A DNA stretch of 44,386 nt, taken from the NCBI RefSeq assembly GCF_004010195.1, contig NW_025214476.1, positions 1 through 44,386 on the forward strand, written 5' to 3'. Below the pieces are notes generated by a model that saw nothing but the letters and a program-made list of their open reading frames with translations, was not told the DNA's origin and searched no databases. Source of the DNA: Chiloscyllium plagiosum (lineage: Eukaryota). Both the position numbers and the translations under genes were made by a program. This document shows, one piece after another, positions 35,298 through 44,386 of the stretch (positions are counted from its first letter, which is position 1; every line of letters begins with the position of its first letter).

Positions 35298-36496
35298 AAA
35301 AGACTGTTGAAATCTTCTACAATTATGTGCCACGATGCAAGATATCTGAGTTTGGAAAATGCATCTACCTGGATTTTAAGAGGGTGCGCCGGGGGTGGGG
35401 GTGGGGCGGGGGGGTCAATAAACATTCAAAATACTGTATTATTTACTATAGTTCAAGGCTTTGGGGCTGATGAGCCTCCCATGAGAGTCAAATACGAACT
35501 AGTGGGTTAAATGGAAGATTCCTTTTATCCATTATGGCTTCTCCCCTACTCATAGTATTAAAAGAGGAGAAATAAACCCGATCAAACTCGATCTGCTGTA
35601 ATGTCAAATGTTCCTTGTCATCAAGGTGCATCTCCTGCAATAGGACAACATACACCCTCTCTTTTTACGACTAGAAAGTACATTTTTCCACTTTTCTGGC
35701 CAATGGCTCCCCTTAATGCTCCAGGTACACCATTTAAGCACATCATTACCCAGAACACACTGTAGCAACATTTGAACTCGAGAGAGGAAGAACTCGAATT
35801 ACTGATCATTAATAAACAAAGTCTCATAGAGCTTAAAAACTACACAAACTAAGACTACTGCAACTGCCAACTCTCAAAACTTTCCAAAACTAAGCATTTT
35901 AAATAAATAGCTGGGATGGAGTGGGTGAGGGAACCCATTTGCCCGTGCTGTGATGCAGAGCCCAACAAAGCAGGCCTTCCAGATCGCCACCATCTTGGAT
36001 TTCCCCTTAACATTTTATCGATATTATCATTTCATTTTGCACTATATTCCTGGACGTTCTGGAGCAGTGTGATTTTGTACCACTGTCAGCATTTCCCCAA
36101 CATTGCACATTCCTGCCATTCCCCAATAATCCTTGACTCCGTTATTTTTTATGAACCTTCTGTCCATGCCTCAAACATATTCAATATCTCTGCCTCCAAT
36201 GCTCTGCAGGGAAGAGAGTTCAAAGTAGTCTCACCACTGAGAAAACAAAAATTAACTTCATCTGTGCGCGAGATTATTTTTGTCTCCTTACCCGAGAAAG
36301 GACATAATTAAATTGGAAGCAGTTGGGAGATGTTTCACTTCATGTATTCCAGGAATGACGGTCTTATATTATGAAGGCTTTAACAGGTTACTCTTGGAAT
36401 GAGAGGTGATCTTATTTAAACAGACAAAACCTCAAGGAGAGTGATCAGATAGATATCCACTGGGTGTTTGTATCGTCCAAACTTCTTGTTGTTTTT

Positions 36497-36850
36497 ATAG
36501 AATCTCTACAGCGTGGAAGCAGGACATTCCGTCTATCATGTCCACATTGACCCTCGGAACAGTATCCCGCCCGGTCCTGCCCCCCTACTCTACCCATGTA
36601 ACCCTACATTTCCCATGACGAACCTATCTAACCTACACATCCCTGGGCACTATGGGCAATTTAGCATGGCCAATCAGCTCTCAACTGCATATCTATGGAC
36701 GATGGGAGAAAACTAGAACACTGGGAGGAAATCCACACAGACATGGGGAGAATGTTCAAAATCCATATAGAGGGTTGCCCGAGGTTGGAACTGAGCGCAG
36801 CTACTTGGTGACGGGAGGTATCAGTGCTAATCACAGATCCACCATGCGCA
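36497..36850 (-). mobile_element. HE1-type V-SINE, older
   Basis: 'gggcaatttagcatggccaat' and 'cacagacatggggagaatg'. Confidence 0.85.
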
Positions 36851-37349
36851 TCCGTTAGTTATATTAGTTACTTTTGGCTAACTAAAGAAATCTGGCTGAC
36901 TTGTTCCTGTCACTGAACCTGACTCAGTCTGAGAACTTTATCATCGGCCATATCACCAACCTGGTTATATTTAAAATTTGGTGTCAGCAGTGGAGGAATG
37001 GGACGAGAAAAGGAAGCAGTGACACCCTCCAACATCCGTCAGAGCAGGAATTAGGATAAATCCACAGAGTGGGATTTCAGTCAAGTGGGAATTCTCTTTC
37101 CCAGACGTTTGGGGTGGCTGGACCGTTATATTGTATCGAAGCTGGCTTTGTCTGATTTTCCATGGAGAAGGTGAATCAGGGATAATGGTGCATGGAAAGA
37201 AAAGTGCAGCTGGAATCACAATGAGATGAGCCATGATCGTATTTACTGGTGGAGTAGTGTGAAAGGGCCGAATGGCCCACTTGTGTCCCTCAGCCCTATG
37301 TTCTGATGTTCCATTCAGCCCTCAGATCTGCTAAACAGGGGCAGATCTA

Positions 37350-37610
37350 GGCCACTCCGATGGTTAGGTGTAGTTTTGGAAACGTACTTGGAAACTCCAG
37401 GCTGGATCAGGAAGTGACCACCACCCCCACCCCCCAGTCCCTGTCTCCAGGCTTTCCCTCTCTGTAAATTCTGCTCCAGATGTGGGTCATGTTGCAGACC
37501 CAGATACGCTGGGAATACAGCAACATACCCCACCCAGGGTTAAAACAACAAATCCTCTGCTCTCCCTGAATGCAACATTGTACAACACCATTTCCAGCAA
37601 AATAACCCGT
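37350..37610 (-). mobile_element. Harbinger transposase N-terminal fragment (copy 3)
   Basis: Homologous to 13565-13790 ('catgttgcagacccagat' is also shared with 22985; 'ctccctgaatg'). The minus frame reads 'LGLQHDPHLEQNLQRG'. Confidence 0.6.
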
Positions 37611-37639
37611 TACTTTCCAAAAGCATGACATGTGAAATT

Positions 37640-38915
37640 AATAAATAGGAATAGGAGTAGGTCAATCGGCCCCTCAAGCAAACACTGTCCTTTAATAAGA
37701 ACATGGCTGATCTACTCCAGGGCTCAACTCCACTCTCTTGCCGACTCCTTGTAAACCTCCACACCTCTCTGAGTTAGGGAATTCCAGACATTCACTACCT
37801 TCGGACAGAAGACATTACTCTGCATCTCAGATTGAAATCGATGTTTCTTATTCGGTATCTTTATCCTCGAGTTCGACACTTTGCTCAAGAATGGAAAAAG
37901 CTTCTCAACATCGACCTTCTCCAACCCCTTCTGTGTCTTGCAGGTTTCAGCAGTATCACTCCTCATTCATTTAAACCCCAATGAATTACCGCCTCACCAT
38001 CTTAGAGATTCTCAATAACACAACCCTTTCTTCCCAGGAAACCGCATAATGTACCAACCAAGTTACTTGCTGCATCAGCATGCTGACTTTATGCTTCATA
38101 GGAAGACACCAATGCCTTTACTGTTCCTTTTCTGGAAGTCCTCTCCATTAAGTAACAGCCTGCCTTTTGATTCTCAGTGTCATCCTCAAACTCGCTCCCT
38201 TCCGGCTGTCAGGATATATTGCAAATAACTGATGCCGTCAGACTGATATTTGTGGTACTCCAGCAGATACACCTTTACCATAAAGATCCATTAATTCCGA
38301 CTCTCAGATTTCTGTGTTAACCAATCATCATCCCATGTTAATACAGTATCCAACGTGCTGGAGCTTCTGTTTTGTGTAAGAACTTTTGTTTTGCAATACC
38401 TTGTGGAAAATCTCTGGAAAGCCTCGTGTCCACCAGATCCCCTTTATCAAGTCCGTTGTTATATTTTCAGGCATCTCCAGAAATATTTTGCATTATTTTA
38501 CAGGGCAAAACATCATTTCCCTTCCACAAAAGCAACCTGACTCTGCGTGAACCTTTTCTAAATGTCCATGGTTGCCAGGTTTTCCAAACTATACTAGTCC
38601 CATCTGTTTTCATTAGGTCCATGGGCCTCTAAATGTTTCCCATTCATATGTTTGTCCAAATGAGTTTTAAATGTTGTCGCTGTCGTTGCATCTCCCACTC
38701 TTCCTCTGGAAGCTCATTCCATACCCACACCGCCCTTGTGTAAAAAGGCTGCCCCTTAGTCCCTTTTAAATCTTCCCTCTTTCACCTTAAATCTATTCCC
38801 TCTATGTTTGGATTCCCCAAACCTTTGGAAAAGACCTTGGCTATTCACCCTATCCATACATCTCATGATATTATGAGTTTCTATAATGTCACTCCTCAAC
38901 ATCCTACACTCCATC
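37640..38915 (-). mobile_element. CR1 LINE 3' fragments (at least two)
   Basis: 'GLEKVDVEKLFP...NVFCPKVVNVWNSL' and a second tail-like segment at 38600-38915. Confidence 0.75.
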
Positions 38916-40123
38916 TGATGCTAACTTCAAGAACAAGCTTTTAAAGATAAGCACTGCAAAATTGAAATAATATTAAAAATGACAGGTAACCAACACTCAG
39001 CCCAAACGTCATACTGTGATTTGTTTTTCTCCATATTACAATACTAAGGCAACATGAAACGCTTACTAGTGCCAATAAGAAGTCAAGCACCTGAATTCCT
39101 TTGTCTAAAGGGGGTGATGCTGACGAGAGTGACAACGTATCTGTGGCCAGATCTATATAATACCATATGGTCAACATTCTCCCTCCTGGCATCCGTATAA
39201 CTTTGTGTGGTTGTGTCTTTTTTTATCTTGCATTCAATAGAGAGAACACATTTCCCCCATTCTCACCTTAAATTCGACACATTATACAGAATATTTTCGT
39301 TCACCACTGCTAAAAGCCCGTTTTTCTTTTACCACACCCTCTTTTCCCTGCCATCCAACCTCCACATCTGGCAAGTGATTAAAAGACCATTTTGCAATTG
39401 TATTCAGTTTTGAAGAATTGTCACACTGGACTGGAAACGCTAGCTCTGTTTCTCTTTCTCTGCAGACGTTGACAGACCTGCTGAGTTTCTCCAGAAATGA
39501 ATAGACGCAGAACAATTTTTCAATTAAATAAATAATTATGGATACTGGAAATAAAAATAAAAAACCTTTATAAAAGGTTCACTGGACCTGAAAGTTTAAC
39601 TCTTAATTCACTCCAGAAAATTCTGCAACATCTTTAGCAATTCCTTCAGCAATTTCTGTTTATGAACAATTTCCAACGACATATTGTCAAAGATGCCCAA
39701 ACAGCCTGTCCAACATGGAGCGCCGTACGCTGGGAACTGAACAGTAACGCATGGTGACAAGTTCCTTGACTCTGAAACTGCATAAGGCTGATTCTGCAGA
39801 GTTCTTATTCATGGTCAGGGAGAGAAACAGAAGGAAACACATTCACTTCAAATACAGAAGATGGCCTTACTGCAAGGAAAAGATTCAGATTAGTACCTTA
39901 AATGGATATTGTTTATGTAACAAATTGGAGGCGTGACACCAAGGAAAGAATTCCGCCAGAATTAGAATATGAAAGTGGAAGTATTTCCGTATCAGAAACC
40001 AGATTAGGTCACTGAATACAGAGCTGATGGGTGAATAGGTCTCGGTGTGAACTGGGGGGCAGTCAGTAGAATTGAATTGTAAATATTGCAGCTAAAACTG
40101 GGTTATCAGCTGATGCGGTAGAT

Positions 40124-43100
40124 TTCAAAGACAATCTGTAAGTTTTCCCCCAGGATAGTCCATCCATCTACCATTTCCATCAAGCCGATCCATGGGTCAG
40201 TGACGAGTGTGGGTGAACATGGTCGGGTTGGAGTCACGTGCACAGACACCTCTGACAATCCATTAAAGCTACCGCACTTGACTGGTAACACTACACACAG
40301 CAGGACGACCATCTGATACAGAGAGAGAGATGATCCCAAGACTAACAAATCAGATATAAGCTCTCTCGTCCTGTCAAATCCATGCATAAAAATCGATGGA
40401 CCATTAAACAACTTACTGGAGGAGAGAACACCACAAATATCCCCATACTAAATAATGGAACAGCCCTGTGCATCCATGTAAAAGCTGCAGAATCTGCACC
40501 ATCCTCAGCCAGAAGTGTTGAGTCGATTACCCACCTCACCCTCACTATGATACCCTGATAATCACAGATGCCTGTCTTCAACCAATTCAATTCATTGCGC
40601 GTGACGTGAACCAACAGCTGGACACTGTAGATACGACAAAGGCATATGGCCCTGACACCATTCCTGCAATAGGACTGAGGACGTTTGCTACAAAACAAGC
40701 CATGTACCTGAGGAAGCTATTTCATTCCAGCTCCAACTCTGACAACTCCCTGGCAATGTGGGTAATTAGCAACTGCAGTTCTCACTTTCTCATAATGTGG
40801 GTAATTATTCAACTATGTCCCATCCCCTAAGGAGAGAATAATCACAATCGGACCAATTACCACGCCCTCAGTCCCATCACGATAGTCAAATTGGTTGGGG
40901 TTATTTTTGATAGAACAGTCACACAGCACAGAAATAATCGGTTTCCGATAGGCCCTCATGTGGAGATGGTGCTGTTGTGGAATTTCATTGGATTGCTAAT
41001 CCAGACCAGGATAATTCTCTAGCAACTGGTGCAAGTTAAAAACAATTAATAAAATATCGAGATCTAATACCTGGTGTCAGTAAGAGTGATCGTGTATTCA
41101 CTGTCGATTATAGATGTCGATCTCCTTCCCCAGTGTACTTTCAGGAAGTGTATCCCCCGTGCTTTCCTGCCTGGCCTAAAAGTGACTCCAGACACACAGA
41201 CACGTGATACACTCTTCAATGGTCTCTGAAACGGCAAAGCAAGGCACTCAATAGTATCAAACTGCTCCGAGGTCTTAAAGGATAAATCCGGACAGAACAG
41301 CCAGCACCAGCCTCGTTATCAGAAAAGGGAACTGGAAACACAATCCTGACGACCCTGCAGAGACCTCCTTCCGAACAGCTGAGAACTTGTGACAACATTT
41401 ACAGAGCTTTCCCACACACCGCAAAGAAGCATTGGGAAAGGAATACATCATACAACTCATTGAGCTTTCCCTTTTCCAGTTAATGGCCGAACATCTCCTC
41501 AACTCAGTTTTCCTCATACAATATACATATCCCTTAATATGTTTAAACATTGTGAAACATAAAATGAGAACTGCTGTAGTCCATTCAGTCCATCAGTTTT
41601 GTGCCTGCATTCTATGTACAGGCAGTTCACCGATAACGCGTGTTGATTAAATTCAATTTGGCTGCAATGCAATTCATGAACTTTTTCTATAAAGTGAACT
41701 GGCGTTTACTGTGACGCGATTCCTTGTCGGGCACTAGCTGAACGGCAAACCCCGCCTCAGAAACCCTCTTTCTACAAAAGGTACAATCAATGTGTTCATC
41801 AAAAACAGGAATGCAATTGACTCTGCAAGCCTTGAAACTGAGCCTGAAATTGGGAATTGTAGTCTATATTTCGAAGGAACTTTATTTCCAACTGTGGGGA
41901 AAATCTTGGAGAAAACTGGAATTTGGCATCGGCATCACATGGTCAGTCAGCCCCCTCGCGCTTTCTGGTGAAGATTGTGGTGAAAGGTACGGTGCACCAG
42001 TGAGTGACTGTAGTGTGAAAGCGTTACCTTTGCACCACTATTCCATTACAGCATGTAATTTAAAGATTTATTTAGACTGTCCTATTGTGTGTTAGATCAA
42101 ATTTAATTTTTGGTTTTTGCTGATATTTTGGGGGGTTCGCCACTTACCCTCTTTTTTCCATAGACCCCATTATTAATATTGCACGATTTTGTACAACACT
42201 GTGTTGCACAGGAACACAGTTATTGCGTTATTGGAGAACAACCTGGAATGATAGCTGATTTTCTATCTTCACACATACTCCTGCTCTCTCCCTATCAGTT
42301 TAGTTTCCAGAAATCCTTATTTATATTCAGGCCCTTGACTTCCACAGCCTGATCTAGGAGAGAGTATCCCTGGTTTGCCAGTCTACGAGTGCAGGCATTT
42401 ATTCTCATCTCAATGCAACGTGGCCTGCCTGTACCTAATATTGTGGCCCCTTGTTTTCGACGTCCAAGCCAGGGGAATTACCATCCCTGCTTCTAATCTG
42501 TCTCGCCCTGTCAGAGTGTTATATATTTCACTGAGATTTCCACTCATTTTCCTAAACCCCATTGAATATAGGTCCAATTGCCCCAAACTCTGCTCCCACA
42601 ACAAGTCTGTCATCCCAGAGATCAGTCTGGTCATCCTTTGCTGCTCTACTTCAATGTCAGGTTGGTCGTCTGTTAGGAAAAGAGACCAAAACTACACACA
42701 ATACTGCACAATGTTCGAGATGGTGTCTCACCAATGCACTGTACAACTTCAGTAAGATACATTTACTCACGTACTCAAATACCCCTTAAATGAAGGTGTA
42801 TACAGCATTTATCTTCCTTCCTGCTTTCTGCTCCTGCAATATTGCTTTAAGTGATTGGTGCAAAGGAAGATCCAGATTCCTTTCAAAGTTTCAGTTCCCC
42901 ACGTGCTGGGCCTACATACAATGGTCAGCGTGCCAATGCCATTCCAAGTATTGACTTCTGGCTTCAGAACTCACTGCCACACATGGACTCGGAGGGCTAC
43001 GCAGAAATAAGCAAAAATGCAGCTTAAGTTCATTTATAGTGCAACATTTTTCAACCACTCCTTTTTCAAATGAGAGGCTGCCATTCTATTGTTCCCATCA

Positions 43101-44386
43101 AAGTACACAACATCTCATCTCCCCCATTACTCTCCACATGCCACGTATTTGCCCAGTCATTCCACTTGTCTCAATCACCTTGGAATTTTTTTACGTCCTC
43201 CTCATCCACTCACAAACTGACATTGTATAGTGCTGTCAGCAGACTTGGGAATATTGCATTTGCGCCCCTCACCCAAAGATATGATGTGTATAAGACACGA
43301 TCCTTACAATATCCTCCAAGCCTTCCATTTAAAAATAAAACATTGTTTTATTCCTTCTCACTGTTTGCTGCCAGCTCTCCCATTCTAAATCTATGAACAT
43401 ATATTAGCCCGCGTTCCATAGGATTCGAATTTGCACAATAGGCTTGGGGCTTTATCAAAAATCTTTCTGATAATCCACTCGCATGGCACTGATACCTCCT
43501 ACATAATTTTACTAAAAGCCACTTTCTCAAATATGATTCCCATTTCATAAATCTCTGTTGACTTTGTCTATGTCCATTAATTTGAGTCCAATACTTTCTC
43601 TAAACTGTTTAGTTGCTATTTTAATTCCATTCCCTTTTCCTCACAAGACTAAAGTTCCCTCGTATTGCTAGGAAATTTTCTTTTTTGTTTTGTTTTCTTC
43701 TGTGAAGGCATAACTAAAGTATTTGCTCCATAGTTCAGCTATTTCCCGGTCCTCAATTATCTGGTATCAGACTGTAAGAAATCTGCAACTTTTTTCTCTT
43801 AATTTTGCCATTGACATATTTCCAGAAAATATTACAAGTTCTCTCTTATCAACTTTGTTAAGATAATCTTCAGAAACCCATCAATTCCTACCTTAAGCTA
43901 CTCAATGATTGACCTTCCACAGCCATACAATCACAGAAGCACAGACTCTGTACTAACAGAAATACAGTACGGTCTAGATTAGGCCCACTTTCCGACACAA
44001 GACCTTAGCCGTGAATCTTAAAGCATTTGAAGTGCGCAACCGTGTTGTTTCTAATGGTGTGAGGTTACCATGACAACTCCACTCTCAAGACGTGCATTCC
44101 AGATCCCAACACGCTCTGGTTGAAAAACAATTCTCAAAACTTCACTGAACCGTAAATCCTTTACTTTAAAAGTGTGGCCCTTTGAGTAACAGCAACAACT
44201 GCTGTCTATCCACCCTGTCCATGTACCTCGTAATCCTATCCTTCTGAATCACAAACCTCTCAGCCTTCTCTCCTCCAAACTAAACAACCTGAGGTTATCC
44301 AGCCTTTCTCCATCGCTGATATGCTCCATTCCAGGGAACATCCGGGTGAATCTGCTCTGCACCCCCTCCAGTACAATCACATCCTT
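40124..44386 (+). repeat. Diverged paralogous copy of positions 1 to about 6160 (segmental/tandem duplication)
   Basis: Same order of unrelated fragments with shared junctions, e.g. 'tcagtgacgagtgtgggtgaa' (73/40197), 'caattaataaaatatcgagatctaa' (721/41043) and 'cttcagaaa.ccatcaattcct' (5641/43868). Confidence 0.92.
41619..42245. mobile_element. Non-autonomous Tc1/mariner (pogo/Tigger-like) MITE, about 627 bp
   Basis: TIRs caggcagttcaccgataacgc and gcgttattggagaacaacctg, with TA on the left side. Absent at the paralogous site near 1270. Confidence 0.75.

Larger units (their letters stand above)
28555..36000 (-). mobile_element. L1-clade LINE, decayed, ORF1 largely missing, hosting nested CR1 and SINE insertions
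   Basis: 5' 'caagatggtggcg' near 35995. EN 'VVLLQEMHL...RVYFSSFN..SRG' near 35520-35680. RT 'YPPISLLNVGFKILS..DQTGFVKGR', 'YADE' and 'SWLGRIAVIEMNVLPHLLY'. AATAAA and an A-rich tail at about 28555-28580. Confidence 0.85.

Noticed and set aside
38941..39192. Minus-strand ORF with a hydrophobic stretch (LDFLLALVSVSCCLSIVIWRK) as a possible GPCR TM4 or membrane-protein exon
   Set aside because: No DRY/DRF motif or other flanking 7TM motifs, no convincing splice sites, and short AT-rich ORFs are often hydrophobic by chance.
42110..42205. Immunoglobulin/TCR recombination signal (ggtttttg ... cactgtg)
   Set aside because: Spacing is not 12 or 23 bp, it lies inside a MITE, and no V/D/J segments are seen.

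Overview
Repeat-dense vertebrate genomic DNA from a draft assembly with two N gaps. The HE1-type V-SINEs, CR1 LINEs and Penelope-like elements point to a cartilaginous fish, probably a shark (inference). Most of the window is decayed, nested transposons: CR1, an L1, a Gypsy LTR element, PIF/Harbinger transposase and Myb/SANT relics, Penelope-like elements and a Tc1/mariner-type MITE. The only host-gene signal I can support is a minus-strand first coding exon (about 17755-17932) ending ...YFYYPFLAIVGVP|gtaagt, typical of GPR139/GPR142-type GPCRs. I found no second (7TM) exon in the window. The two ends of the window (1-6160 and 40124-44386) are diverged paralogous copies of each other, and an older module recurs three times, which suggests a tandemly duplicated region. 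Several minimal hammerhead ribozyme motifs sit in the Penelope-like termini, one inside a hairpin-shaped insertion with a 14-bp target-site duplication. Family assignments come from motifs recognised by eye, with no database searches. Boundaries of old repeats are approximate. I do not see evidence for a wholly new biological system; the best leads are the GPCR cluster and the ribozyme-bearing elements.
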